Assembly (NCBI GenBank): GCA_003693705.1
Contig: RBZT01000156.1
Location: forward strand, 53,733 to 117,732
Source: Polymyxa betae A26-41
Taxonomy: Eukaryota > Protista > Endomyxa: Phytomyxea
Reading direction: 5' to 3'
Length of the DNA: 64,000 nt
In this document: positions 1 to 13,654 of the stretch, one piece after another
Layout of the letters: every line of letters starts with the position of its first letter
Position numbering within the stretch: the stretch's first letter is position 1
Made by a program: the position numbers and the translations under genes
The notes under the pieces: model-generated
Seen by the model: only the letters and a program-made list of their open reading frames with translations
Told to the model about the DNA's origin: nothing
The model's database searches: none

Positions 1-1
1 G

Positions 2-271
2 GGAAACCGTTGTAAAGCTGTTGGTATTGCGCCAGAAATGAAACATATATCTGCGTTTGCTGCTTGCTGTGTTTCACAAGTTGATGATGCTCTTGCCGAT
101 GGAAACCCCTTTGCTCTTGCAGCCAAGGAGTTTGTTTCAAGAATAAGAGCACCTTTAGATCCTACTGGTGTGACACTCAATGTTGATACTGTTGTTCAAT
201 TACTAGCTAATGCTGCTCCTATATCTACTGTAAGAAGTATATCCAGGGAAGAAGACGTGGCTGCTGGATAG
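2..271 (+). CDS. Possible 3' end of an unknown gene running in from the left edge
   Basis: Open frame from base 2 (GNRCKAVGIAPEMKHISAF...EEDVAAG*), third codon positions T/A-rich; no family recognised. Confidence 0.3.
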   Translation, partial: GNRCKAVGIAPEMKHISAFAACCVSQVDDALADGNPFALAAKEFVSRIRAPLDPTGVTLNVDTVVQLLANAAPISTVRSISREEDVAAG

Positions 272-497
272 TGCATTGCCAACCGTGAATGTTTTCCATT
301 TCCTCTGTTGCTTTAGTAATAGAGGCATTGTAGCAAAAATCATCATAAATCATCAAGCAAAATCCTAATGTCACTGCTGTGTTGAATATTTCTTCCCAGA
401 TGAGGGCAGTTTATTAGTCTTTTCTGTTCTAAGTTTTGGAAGTAGTATAGCAGGAGTAATCATAAAGTGGTCGAGCAAATATATTGTAATGTCACCG

Positions 498-974
498 CTA
501 AGTCGATAATGAATCTAAGGCGTCAGTGTTTTCTCTTCCTGGATGATCGCTTTGCAGCCTTTTGTCCACTTGCTGGTTATGGTGCTCTCCTGATTTTGTC
601 GTTATATACTGCTGCACTAGCTGGCTCCATTCGAGTTGCTGACTTTTAACCTTTAACGAAACTTATTACAATGAAATTGTAATATGAAGTGAAAGTTTTA
701 CCCATTCACTTAAATCAGTTATATCAGAAATCGAAACATTCAGTGCATTCAGCCTGTTTGATTCATAATCTTTTTCGGCTTCGCCAAACTCAGACTCGCT
801 AAACTCATCGAAATCAACGTCGTCCTCGGAATGCTCGCCTTCATTGCATAATTCCATCAACTCCATATCGTAGCCCAGCTCCTCGTCGACGTCGCCATTA
901 GAGTCCTCCGGATCGGTTCGGCTGTTATCCCGCCCAGGCAACTTGAACGGAAACGGATTCTGCTCTCCTTGCAT
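498..974 (-). CDS. Acidic hypothetical protein (2 exons)
   Basis: MQGEQNPF...D/E-rich...DLSEW|GTAAAA..AAG|VKSQQLEW...LDSLST*; a phase-0 intron joins the frames. Confidence 0.35.
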
Positions 975-1296
975 CGGTCTGTATTGTGATGTAATGAATG
1001 ACAAGAAGATGATTCACAGTGACGAAGCAGCGACGTGAGGGGACCCTTCTCAAGGGTGAGGGGGGCCCTTCACCACAGCACAGCTGTAACGTAACCCTCT
1101 ATTTTCTTTCATTCATTCCGATAGAGATAAATGGCAGATTTGTTTGAATTCGGGATGCCACGCGATCACGTGTACATGGAGACTTAAATATCTGCTTTTT
1201 GGCTGCATACGGATGGCGTCGATCGGGCTATGGAGGGCCCGTATGCTGATTGCTCAGAGAAAATGTAATCAGGAATCCAATCGCAGTGTATTTGCG

Positions 1297-2955
1297 ATGA
1301 AATCAATGCCGAAAACCCCTTCCAAAATTCATAGCGGATCGAAACAGCATAATAGACGTGTGAAGAAGATTAGTTCGATAATTGATAATCGTAATGGGTC
1401 AGAGCTGCCAGAAGCTATGAGAATACAGAACGATGAGGCAAACTCGAAGACACCAATGAAGGATGTTGAATCGGAGCCTTCCTCCAGTTTTCAGCAGGAA
1501 AGGGGCTCAGACATTGCACGATTTGGAGAAGGCATAATACCAGACGAAGAATTGAATAGACAAAGGGTTCGTCGACATCCGAACAAGGTAGATACTTCAG
1601 TCGTTTTACTGATTTTATTCAACGAAAAAGCTAATTTATCTCAGAAAAATAATCAATGGGTGACGCTTCTTAAGAAGGATCTGGAAAACCACCAACATAG
1701 TGTAGCTGAAAAACGAGCTGCAAAAATTTCTGGTCAACGGGAATTCGGCAATACCCTTCGAAAACAGATTGAACATAACACTCACAAGGCAGCTATGGAG
1801 AAGAAGAGACGGCAGGAGGAAGCAGAACAGGTGAGATAACAACAGATTGAACTAATGTCTTTTAAAATTGCCCAGCTTGCAAGAGAACTCAAAGAAAAGG
1901 AGAAAGATGAGTTTCAAAAACGGGAAATGCAAAAGCAAGTGATCACGAAGAACTGTATGTTCATCCAAGAGCAGCTAAGAATTCGGCGAGAGGCATCCGA
2001 ACGAGCCGAAAAAAACAAACATCGTCTGGATTTGCTTGCAAGGTTTTATCGTTGAAGTTTTCAGGCCCTTCATGATTATTGATAAATACAGTATAGGGAA
2101 GCCTTGCAGAGAAAATTAGAAAAGGAAAAACAGCTTGTAGATGAAGCTCGGCGCCGAATTCGTGAAGATTTGCAGCATCATCGAGCAGAAAACGAAAGAC
2201 ATATGAAGGAGAAAGCGAACATGTTGGCGGAAGAACGAAAGCGCGACATTGAAGAACAGCAACGGTAGCGAAATTCAAAAGTCCCCGACAAGTTAGTTAA
2301 TACCTGATAGGAATATTGCTGCAATGGAAGCTGCAGAGCTAGAAAAACAAAACCGAGTAAAAAAGATTGCTGATAAAACAGCAGCATTAGAGAAGGAAAG
2401 CGAAGTAATGGCAAAAATCATGCAGCAAAAACAGGAAGAAGAGGAAAGAAGAATAAAGAAATATCAAGAAGAGGTAATGAACTTCTCTATATATATCTTG
2501 CGAATTAAACGTTGTTTAGTGTGATGAAAAAGAGAAAATGGAAGAACTGGAAAGAAAGCGAAGACAAAAGGCTATAATTGAGGACATGAAGAACTCTATT
2601 AAACTGCAGCTAGATGAGCGAAGAAGGATCCTATTGATCCAGGCTGAGGAAGCTAAAAAGTAAGACATCTTCTATCAGGCATGGATATTTTTACAGATGT
2701 GTTCCAGGATAGCATTGACGGCTCGAGAGTTAGCAGCTCAAGAACTAAAACGGCTCAGGAACGAGGTATTGTGACATTCCGTTACCCTGAATCTGTTTCT
2801 CATAAGCTGATCAGGATCATAAAGCTGAACAGCGAAGACGTCAATACAAAGCAGAGCTTGAACGACAAATTCAACTGAGAGACGAGCTCAGTCAAACTGG
2901 ATTCGATGGCATGAATCAAAATGAGCTAGCCATTAACAGAAATCTATTGAATTAG
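1297..2955 (+). CDS. Coiled-coil (trichohyalin/RIB43A-like) protein, probably ciliary microtubule-associated
   Basis: E/K/R/Q-rich exons joined by ~50-nt GT-AG introns; C-terminal MNQNELAINRNLLN resembles the M..E...N..LL ending of protist axonemal coiled-coil proteins. Confidence 0.6.
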
Positions 2956-3090
2956 CTCCTTCAACTTAAATTCAGCAGCGATAGAATACATCCAACTCAT
3001 TTAATCATCTATGAGAGTAGAGTTTCATAAAGATCTGATTGAATAATAAATAGTTTAGATTTTACAATTTGTAAAGCACAATTGATGTGC

Positions 3091-4101
3091 TTAGAAACCA
3101 GGTACAGCAAAATTGCTCTGGAAAGAATTGTTGGCAAACGGATCATACTGGGGGAAATTATTAGAATTGAAGCCAGGCTGATTTGGTGAAGATGGAGTAG
3201 GATATGGTGGCATCAAGTGGCGGCTATTATCAGAAGGCGAAGGCTTCCAGAATTGGGACGGATCAATCGGATCAGTGCCTGGCTGCCTACTTCCCGATTG
3301 CCTTGGACTTAGATACTGAATCAACCTCCTAATTATTAGAAGCGATAACGATAATGTTAGGAACGTTGGCATCCAACTCCAGCGTCCTTGACCCGAATCT
3401 TTCCACAGCCCCTCAAACTCAAGTTTTCGTGCTTCATTTCTCCGCCCGAGGAAATTCAGGATCATATGCCTGATCTTGAGGTACAATAAATAAATAGCTC
3501 GAATTGATCCAAATGCTCCAAAGAAAGCAGCAAGCTCATGGCGCAGCATTGAAGCATTAGTCAGTAGCTGAACAACAGATGAGAACGACATCTGCAGAGC
3601 ATCCAGGTTCATGTGCAGAATCTGGGAAAATCTCCCGAATGAGCTGACATGCTGCTGAATTCCAGACATGACGGCATGACCAGAATTGATTAAGAAATTA
3701 GCAGGATGACCGCCTTTATAAGCATCCAATTGATTTCCAAAAGGCATCGAGTTGTAAGGACGCATTCCCCATTGGTTATACATAGGCGAATGGGTATTCC
3801 CATAAGAGTTTCCATATGAACAGCCATAACCACCATAACCACCATACATGCCATTATGCAGTCCTCCTCCATACCCAGATCCACCGTATGACGATGTCAT
3901 GTAGGTATTGGAAGGAGAGTTTCCGAAAGAAGACTGATTGTATCCAAACGAGCTGGGCTGGGAGATGGACGCAGGTGGAGACGAGTAGGTCGCGGTCTGC
4001 TGAATCTGCTGCTCAGTGGTGGTAGTTGACAATGATGGCGGCTGCTGAGGTGTATCTGACTGTGATCGCTGCCATGGCTTCGGAGGTGATACTAATGCCA
4101 T
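3091..4101 (-). CDS. PEX13: Peroxin-13, SH3-less (plant-like) type, intronless
   Basis: N-terminal PPKPWQ, YG-rich region, SFGRFSQILHMNLDALQMSFSSVVQLL amphipathic segment, TM helix. Confidence 0.85.
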   Translation of the reverse strand: MALVSPPKPWQRSQSDTPQQPPSLSTTTTEQQIQQTATYSSPPASISQPSSFGYNQSSFGNSPSNTYMTSSYGGSGYGGGLHNGMYGGYGGYGCSYGNSYGNTHSPMYNQWGMRPYNSMPFGNQLDAYKGGHPANFLINSGHAVMSGIQQHVSSFGRFSQILHMNLDALQMSFSSVVQLLTNASMLRHELAAFFGAFGSIRAIYLLYLKIRHMILNFLGRRNEARKLEFEGLWKDSGQGRWSWMPTFLTLSLSLLIIRRLIQYLSPRQSGSRQPGTDPIDPSQFWKPSPSDNSRHLMPPYPTPSSPNQPGFNSNNFPQYDPFANNSFQSNFAVPGF

Positions 4102-4214
4102 GATGTAAAACTAAGCGAATTAATGTGAATAAGGGGACATCTATAGTGAAGGAAGAGATAATACTGAATAAGGATGATACGGACCTCACATACACAGGCA
4201 GTTATATAAACCAT

Positions 4215-4224
4215 AAAACCCTAA
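4215..4224. promoter_or_regulatory. Telo-box-like motif AAAACCCTAA upstream of PEX13
   Basis: Exact motif in the 144-bp gap between the CFAP47 stop and the PEX13 ATG; a single copy could be chance. Confidence 0.25.
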
Positions 4225-4245
4225 CCGAAAAGGTATATGTTTTCT

Positions 4246-7200
4246 TTATTTTGCTTTATTCGCAGGCTTCCTCTTGGTTTTAGAACTCGTAGCCAGGATA
4301 TTCGTTTCGAGAAAGTTTTTGTTTTTGGTGTTAGCATTTCGAAGCGACCGCAGCGTCTCATGATCTAGAAACGGGCTGAACGTAGTAGCTGCACGCGACG
4401 TGATGCCTCCGAACTTGTAATGCGGATGCATTCCTTTCACGTTATATATCCATTCCATTTCAGGTGTGCGAATTATCAGCTTTCCATTGACAGCTTTACC
4501 ATATTCAATGCAAACAAACGATACGATAAATTGCTGGCCTGCTAAGTCTCGAGCAGGTAAAAAGCCGGTACTCGGCTCGACAGATAAATGGCATGATGAC
4601 TCTGTGCTAAAGAACGCTTCGAATGGACTCGGCCGGTCCAGAATGTTGCACAGACGAAACGATACTCTACTTGTTTGATGAAGTTCAGCTGCGATTCTGA
4701 TGATGTCATCAGCTACAGCTTCTGTCGCCTGGAACTTCATCTTAAACGACCATCGCCCACCGGTGCTTTTGCTGATCACCATATTCGTGACGGCCTGAAA
4801 TGAGCGGAACGGCTGGAATTTAAGATGAAAGAGCATAGACGAGCCTAACCGTTGCAAATTTCTTAACAATGAAGACATGAGGATAAATGAACAGACCTTG
4901 TTCATCGAAATACGGTTTCTCTTGATCCTCTGCAAATTCGACGGATTGACTAAATATCGATTGCACATCCGTTCCGTCCAACAGCTTGCTGTGCTCGAGC
5001 TTGAAGTTGAAAGTGTTGCAGTCAATTTCCGATTCTGTAAGATGGGGTAGTCTTAGAACAACACTTCTTTCAAGAACTGATCTTGAAGGGCAGGTAAACT
5101 CAAAGACCTCTGAAGATGTAATTTCTGCTTCAGCAATGATTGGGAATATCTATGTAGCAGTCAGAATTCCTGCAAATCAGTATTTGACACAGATACCCAT
5201 TTCAAAGATTTATCTGCCTGAACCTGAATTTCGGCGGAACATCGACGCAATCCTGAAGGTAAGAAGTAAAAGGGGATCTGCATGGTTGATTGTGCAGGGA
5301 CGCGGCATGATTCCTTCTTCATATAGAGATGAAAGGCATCCACATTATGCTGATTTAGGGACAGACGAACATGGATGGGATGGTCAAATGGATTCCTGAA
5401 TTGGACCATATGAGACAGTCTTTGGCCTATGGGAGATGACAAATATAATGTTGGCATTGACGTAGGTTCAGTCCCTATTCCAACCACGTCATACATCCAA
5501 TCGCCAGCCTATTATGTAGATTATTATCGCTACTCGATTACGGCATAAAGCCAATACCAGATCACTGATAAACCGAATTTCAGCAGATTGCATTTGGTTG
5601 ATACTGGACGGGGTATATATAATTTGCACCGGGTGCGATTGATAAGATGCAAGACGGAACGCGGATGGTTTTACAGTAAATACGCTCGGCTGACTGGAGT
5701 ACGCTTGGATATGTAACGGAGCATTAATCGGGTTTGTAAACACCACCTCAAAAGATGTCTGACAATAAGATTCAGCAACTGATTCACTTTGTATCAGAAA
5801 TCGCATACCTGTGAACCAGCTGCACATATAAACTTTTCAAGCTGAATACGCTCAGGGGCGATGCAGTTAAGGTGGAGCTCGTGCCATATTTCGCCGATCT
5901 CTTCATTAACAAACCTGATTTCCCCGGACGACGAACCAATAGCTAATGGTGCATACAGCACAGAGAACTTGATGGATTGATTAGCCTCCAAAGTCACTTG
6001 CCGATCACAGGTCAGATATTCGCCCTGCGTCCCCACTTTAAAGGTGACTTGTCGATCTAACGGATTCTCTAGTTCAATGTCGATCGTAACTGCTTTCCGC
6101 AAAGCGCTTTCCACTTGAAGAGTAGAAGCGGGAGGTGCGGGAGTAACGATCATCTGTTGGCTGTCAGTTACGATTAAGCAGAGATGTGCTGGCTAACCTT
6201 GACAGAGAACCATTGATAACGTCCATCGTTAGTGATCAATGTGATAAGTCCAGAATATTGTCCACTGAGACCAGGAGCGATTCTAAGTCGATATTCGCGC
6301 TTAGATTTGGCAGGCACTGAGATACTGCTGTCTCCATGAATATAAGGTAGGTCGGATTCCACCCGATATAATGAGTTCTATAAGAATTCTTATATTAAGT
6401 TGACTTACTTGATGTTTTGAAACATTACCTCATTGGTTTTATTCTCCACCATGATCGTCTGTTCCTTTACATCTCCTGCTTGGCATTCGATGTTGACTCG
6501 GCCGGCGCAAAGCGGCTCTTTAGCAGATCCTTTCAACGTAAAGGTGAAGGTATCTTTCGTTGTTGGGTTTGTTAAGACAAGAATTCCCTGATCTTCGCAT
6601 ATCCACGAGGGGCTAAAAGTTAGTGGATAATCGACGGTTGACTTTCTGGGTACAGTCAACGAGGGCTGACATGACCAATAGTTGTTAGTAATCTAGGCAG
6701 ATGTTCATCAATTCACATTCATAAATGTCGGTACGGCTTACCTCAGCATTAATTCTCCATTCAGAATCTGTGTTATTGGTCAACGGAATTAACTGCTTCA
6801 CTGATTGACCAGCAGCACACTCGAATTCCAATGTCGCTTTCAGTGCATCGCTCTGAACAGTGAACTCAAGCATGTATATTCTGGTATCGTATTCGGATCG
6901 AAGTGTAATTTCCACTGGATACACACCCGGTGTCGAACCTCGAAATTGCAATCTCAGCACGTTTTCCAAATTATCTGCTCTTTTGAATCCCTCGCCTTCT
7001 CCATGTCCTTTCTCATCAAATTTTATTTTCCCTGATGCTGCTCTAAAAAAAACGTTTTTCATAAACAAACCTCAAACATACCTGATGGCATAGATTGACG
7101 ATCAACAACCGTAATCGATGGAGGTAGCGAAATAAACGAAGAATTGCATTGAGTCGAATATGTAAGCGGTGAGGGTAACAGTCTAGATCGTGTTGAAGGG

Positions 7201-10200
7201 TCCTGTTTGGATTTATGATCCCCAGAAGCATGAGCTAGGGCTCGATCAAGATTAGCATTAAATGGGGCCAGTACGATGTCTTTGACAAACACGGCGCTTG
7301 TCTCTTTGCAGTTAACTCTCAACACTTCACCAATAATATTTGGAGGATCGGTTTCGCCCTTAAAATCGATGCTCATTTCGCCGATCTCAGGATCGATTAG
7401 TTTCATATGGCAATGGAACTCAGCTTCGAAGAAAGGACGGAACCAGCATATCAACTTTTCGATGGCTCCTTTTTTGATCGTTATCAGTTTTTTATCGGTA
7501 CTAAACGCGCTGGGGAAACACGGCGAGTCTTTATCAGGAGCGGACGAGAAAAGAGTCATCTGCTTTGTGTTTTGCTGTTGACTGCAATCAATAGAAAAGC
7601 TCCCATCTGAATCAAAAACATTTTTAATCTCGACAACGAATTGCTGCAACTCATATAATTTGGCCTTAACCGTGACCGTAGATTGAGCAGCAGGCTGACT
7701 TAAAGATGTCTTCAGACGAAACACAATCGGTTTAGGCAGAGGCTTTAATACGTGCTCTCTGGAAAGGCGTCTCGGTAAAATCCAAAGCATGGCTTCTTCA
7801 GTTTTCATAAATCGGCTGCAGAGGGATATTGGAAGATCCATTGATTTATGAGGCTCTATGCTGATGCTTGTTGCGGTTTGAAAATCCTTACAGCCATCGA
7901 TACGGATATCATATCCAACGTCGAATGGGTTTGGGTTTTTTATACCGACGTTCTTGACGATGCTATCATTGACGCGCCCCTTGAATGTGAGAGTGGACCG
8001 TGGTACATATGAGGGTAGAGTGAAAAATAAATACAGAACAAGAAGAAGCATGTCTCGAGGATTAGGTGAAACGATAAATGAGACCGATATCGTCATTTGT
8101 AGATTCGCTTGCTGCATTGCAGAAATGATCTGTATGAACGGTCAGCAGATTACCGTCAATTAAGCGAAACTTGAGGACCTTCTCAGCATTGGATATCATC
8201 TTCTCTTCATTTCCATCAGCATGGCGATCGAGATTCGATAGCTGAGTAATGTGAGGGAAATAGGTTGATAAAACGTCAGCTAGAGCAACACCATCTCGTA
8301 AATCGGAATCAAAATTCATGAGAGGCTCTGCATCCTTATCACATCTATGATATTGCAGCCACGACAGCAGCAGAATTTCGGGTTCACTGAAGATATTCGA
8401 CCTGCAGACATTTGTATCGACGCCATTTGCAGCTTCGCTGACAGTCCTCTTTGTAACTCTTTCCAATATGAATACTTTGACGATCTTGAAACTGATTACT
8501 TGCAAGATTCAGAATACGGTTAGTTGTAACTAACCTGGCATAGTAACTCAAACCAGGCTTGGCGAGACAGCGCCGAGTGTAAACGACCATGATTCTGATG
8601 ATCCGCCTGTTGCTCTGTTGAAAGATTGGCAATAAACGTACTTGATGCAACAAGATATTCATGACGTGTTGTCAGCAACGCGCCATTACTCAGAAGGAAT
8701 TGAAGCAGCTTTTCGTATTGAGCAGAAGGTCCTGGATCCGCTGGATCTGAGACGTTGTTAGACAGCGCCTCAAAAAAGATTATATATTGTAGAAAATCCA
8801 ACAGAGATATTTTGAGAAATTCAACAAGCAATGTTTAAACGCTAACGTCAACAGCATGGCTGCCAATTCACTTCTGCTGATTCCAATCTCTCTAAGGCTA
8901 TCATATGCTATTACCTTCAGTGTTGCTTTTGCCAGTTCTTCTGTTAAGAGTTTTTCCTGTTAATGACTCGACCAGTCGGAAAATCAGCTCGCCATTGGTA
9001 TCGATCAGCGCTTGAGGAAACGCTTCGCTATCGATATTTATCAGATTCAGTGCTTGTAAGAATTTAATCAGGGTATTCGCTGGCGGATTTGTCTAGAACA
9101 ACCATCAGATCTATGAGCAGCCGGTACTTTTGGCATCACCTCCAATTGATTGTTGCTGGCTCGAGTCCCCAAATCGACGCACGTGAGGCCATGCCCCGGT
9201 TCAGTCTGTAATGCATATCGATGTCTGCCTAACCATGGCCAGACCGACAGCAGGCAGGAATCAGAAACAGCCCGAGTCCAGATCGGACAACGACTGCCAT
9301 CACCACAATGGAATATGATTTGGCATGTGAAGCATAGAGGAATATCCGTTACGAAGCTCACTATAACAGGGATGGTGTTCCGCCCTAGACCGAGAATATT
9401 CCCAGAAGGGAATTCTATATCAAGGGGGATATGAGCTCGGTCTTTCGGTAAGGTGTAATCGATCTTGATCTTGTCGTTGCCGCTGTTGGAGATGTTGAAT
9501 CGGACCTCGGATGGGATCCCAAGTGGAACCACAGGGAGATTGATCTCTTCGAGGTCCAGTTTGATCATGTTGTCAATGTCTGGTTCCAATGGATCTGGCT
9601 ATTGATGTTGCTAATGCAAAGTACTGCAACTGATCATATCTATAGACAATAAAGATTGAACCAGTACGTGTGGTATGGGGGAATCAACCAGCCATGCAGA
9701 AATGGCGAAGAATTGCTGGAAGACTGCAGTCTGCAGATGCCGTTTACAGCTACTCAAATGAAAACATCTTCGACAAACTTTGGAAGAGGATCAGGGATCG
9801 AACTACTTCGAAACGAATTGATTTCGAACTATGCTGCTGTGGTCTGAAACGCTTCTGTTGTTGTCACATGACGAGCCTAGGTTGGTTTCTGCTCTCAAAA
9901 GACGATAGCTCTGGGGGACCTGGGAGTCTGAATGAAAGCAGACAGCGTTTTATTGGTAGAATACATGAGCCTTGTGTAAGCCCTGTTATGATTACCTGGA
10001 TATTGCCGTTGACGAAAGGCTCTGCACAATTACGGCATGCCATTTGCACTCTCGAAAGGAAGTGGCGGAACTAGATTTAAGATTCTCTTAAAATCAGTTG
10101 GAAGCGCTCGAGGCCCAGTTAAATGCCGGCTTTGTTTGCCAATCGTCGAACTTCGACCCAAAACCTTGATCGGGACAGTTAGGTCATTGCCGAATTCAAT

Positions 10201-11604
10201 ACAAATCGAGGTCTGAAAAAGACCCAGCTGACGCGGTATAAACGAAATGATGAGATTTTGGGTCTTCAATGCTGGAATGAGGCCAGACATTGGCTCACAT
10301 TTGAAATGTGCTGTGCGCTGTATTCTAAAGGGCAATTCGAGAGTCTCGGAGCGATTGGTGATTTCGACCATCACGTCGGCAGCCTCATTGACCGGGCAAG
10401 ATCCGAAGCTGAACCGATCGATCGACAGCTGGAAGTTGGGCTCAGCAGCAGACCCAACAATGGGGATACTCAAAGTCCTGCCTGGGTCGTTGATGGCCTC
10501 GATCGTCATCATTCCCTGATAATGTAATACGACCCCATTCGGCAATTGAGATTTAAAACCTTTTATAATAGGCGCCTGCTGGGGATAATAATGCAAAACC
10601 AAAGGAATCGCTTGATAGGGTGCCAGAATTCCTTCTGATGGAACGGCTGTTAGAACGACAGGTTCAGGACCCCTTTCAATCTTGATGTGGTTGTTATAGG
10701 TCAGTTCTTGCTGGTCATTCTCAGTACGATTCAGATTCGTCTCGCTTTTCTGATCGATATCGATTTGAATACGAAATCTGCATTCGACCGGGCTGCTGTT
10801 CACCAAGGTGAAATCCTGCTGCACTTTGGCGCCCATATAAACCAAACCAAAATCAATCGGGTTGGTAATCAGAACCTGCTGCGAGCTGACAAGGTCGAAT
10901 CGGCTTTCTGCGAATTCGGCCGTCAGATCCGTATGATGCAATCGGTCGCCAAGTTGCCAGACGAGGATTCGTTTAACAATCGCTGGCGACGCCGACTGCA
11001 TCTCAACTTCGATCTAAGAAAAAACATCTTTATAAAGTGAGATTTCGAAGCCAGCAATGGTGTTCCCTACATCGGTATGTCCCATTCCTGGTACGACGCC
11101 TTTGCTTGGCGTGATCTTGACCTGTTCATCTCGTGCATCGCCACCGATTTCGAGTACGTTGAATTCACCTTCAGCATTGCCTTCATTACGAATTCGCACG
11201 ATGCTTACTGCCTTCTGGCCGATCGGAACAGGGCTCAGAGTCAGTCGACTATCTAGTTTAAGGTTCGGTCGGTTCATCTCATAGACAAGAGGAACCTCGA
11301 GATCGCCCATGTCGGTCCGGATCAAGATCCTATCGAAGATGTTCTGGGATTTACCATTGTCTGAATCCAAGAGTGGTTTCTGTGAATGGACATGAACCCT
11401 GAATTGCAGGCCAGGGGCTAGCAAGAAAGACACAGGTCGATTATGAGATAGGAAGAAAAACGAAGAGATCGGACGAATAATGTGAACTCGGGTCGATTTT
11501 CCAGAAGTGTTGGTTACCGTGAACACGACTTTTCTGCAGTTGGAATTAAACGACGCCTTTGAAGGCTCAACTGCGATGTGGTCACTTTCTATTGCAGGCG
11601 ACAT
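4246..11604 (-). CDS. CFAP47: Cilia- and flagella-associated protein 47 homolog (multi-exon; linker 9600-10030 unresolved)
   Basis: Tandem ASH/Ig-like domains, calponin-homology segment (EILLLSWLQYH...NFDSDLRDGVALADVL), C-terminal EYGKAVNGKLIIRTPEMEWIYNVKG. Confidence 0.85.
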
Positions 11605-12026
11605 CTGGATCTTAGGCCAGCTCTGTCTAAGACACCAAGAGAATCGAATCAGATCGAGTCGATGTACCAATTTTTATCAGCTTTTTTTCCCAATCTATAT
11701 CGTCAAATGCTTTCGAACTGGAACAATACGATGTTCATGAGAATGTTTTTTGAACTTGAAATAATGCCAATTGAGCTTGGGCGTAACAGCTACTTACTAT
11801 GGCATGGAAATCTGAGACGACCTTGCCGTCAACGTTTACCAACGATTGGTACGTGTCGGAAAGGTCACAAAGTTTCGTCCCTACAAAAGAAAATCTTCAG
11901 TATTACGTAGAATTCGTTTGTGGATTTGGAATTCGATGAACGGATATCTATGACTGTGCTCCGGGAGTTGGAATCTTCGTCCGTTCAGATTCATTCTTTA
12001 TTGTGTATTCGCCCAATCCTGAAATC

Positions 12027-12188
12027 ATGGACAAGGCGCTGAAATCTCAAGCGATGTCTCAGAATATGAAGGTCGCAGTTGGTGGCATTCTTGCTCTTGG
12101 AGCCATCTATCTGTACACTGATCATATGAAGAAAAGGAAAGCTAAGCATGGGATGGCAACGAGTCCTCGATCACAAGACAAGCCTTGA
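12027..12188 (+). CDS. 53-aa single-TM microprotein
   Basis: MDKALKSQAMSQNMKVAVGGILALGAIYLYTDHMKKRKAK..., hydrophobic helix followed by basic residues; AATAAA at ~12250. Confidence 0.55.
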   Translation: MDKALKSQAMSQNMKVAVGGILALGAIYLYTDHMKKRKAKHGMATSPRSQDKP

Positions 12189-12316
12189 AAGAAGGTCGGA
12201 TCCAGAGATGTGGATTAAGTTGCTGTTAAATAAGCCGGCGACATTGGCCAATAAATAAGATTCGCTTTATGACGAGCAATTGCATCTTTCAGTCTCAGGT
12301 CATCATTTTTAGTGGA

Positions 12317-13597
12317 ATGTCGCTTCTCACACTAGGTCGCTTAAGCTGCAAATTTTCGAGCTCGCTGCGGCCAAATAACCTCTCCTTCATTGAAGGATGT
12401 GCCGGCTATGCTTTCATACACAGGAACCAGTAACTAGGCGAACTTGCCTTGCAAAACCAACAGCAAACTTTTGAACAGAGTCGTTATTTTGGATGGGCGT
12501 CAAATCAACGAGAAGTCCTTGCGATCGGGAACGAATATCGAGGGAGGATCTGCGTTGATTGGCAATACCACAATAGTAGAGCTGAACGCAGGAACAAACA
12601 GATAAGACAATGCTGACTAAGCCATTCCCAGGTCGCATATGAAGAAAACGAAGATATCGCTCAAGTGAAATGGGTGCAGCTAGGATTCGGTGTAGTTCTC
12701 CTGTTGATCACAGAAAACGGTCTGTTGCAGATGTACAGCGACGGCGGCCAGAAGCTGCTTCACATCTACCGGATGGAGAGTGAGTCGCACCGAATCGATT
12801 CCAACCCCAACTGAACCGCGACGAAGAGCCGGTGGAATTCGGTCCTGGTATAGCCAGCAACGGCGCCGATCGCATCTACATTGGGACCAGCCAGGGTGAT
12901 ATTAGAACGTTCCAAGTCCATCTAAATCAACTATGTCTCTCACAAACCCTAACAAGTAACGCTCATACGTCGCCTATCAGTCACCTGCAGGCGTATCGTA
13001 ACATCTTGTATGGGGAGGGTCCACCTTCATTCTCTAAAAGCAAGTAAATGGTGATGTAGAGCTTCCGGCGATGTTGAAGGCAATATTGTCGTCTGGGATC
13101 TGGGCACCAATCAGCCCGTTGCTAGTTTCGGTCCGTTCCAATCGGCGGTGAATTCGTTGGCGGTCCACGACGATGTGGTTGTAGCTGGGTTCCTATCTGG
13201 ACATGTTCGCATTATACAACTAAGGTATGCGATGCATATTGACTTTTAGGGCGTCTATATTGACAGCTCGCTTACAGTAAAGATGTGGTCCTTGAGGTTG
13301 GTGTATGAACGGTCCTGATATCACATCGAAGTTTATCGAATGTGATAGATTGCTGCACATCAACGTGCTATCAATGCGGTGGACATCGATCCCAAAACTG
13401 GTATATTTGCATGTGCTAGCGAGGACACGTTTGTATCGGTGTTCAGCTTACCCGATGCAAACAACCAGGTCAAATGTCTGGGATCCATGGTCCCAACACC
13501 TGGCTTATTAACTGGGATTTCATGCTCGGGATCACAATCGATCATCGTCGTCTCTGCGTACGACAGCCACGAGATTTTCCTGCTGAAACTAACATAG
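12317..13597 (+). CDS. WDR54: WD40 repeat protein 54 homolog
   Basis: N-terminal SSLRPNNLS, IYIGTSQGDI, AAHQRAINAVDIDP..FACASEDTFVSVFSL, VSAYD; canonical introns. Confidence 0.75.
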
Positions 13598-13654
13598 AAG
13601 ATGGATTTTATTAATAATACGAGACATGAAAACTTCGGGGAAGCGTGCACAAAC

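Noticed and set aside
9670-10074. 134-aa plus-strand ORF nested antisense in the CFAP47 linker
   Set aside because: Non-ATG start in the track, no motifs; cannot be distinguished from chance
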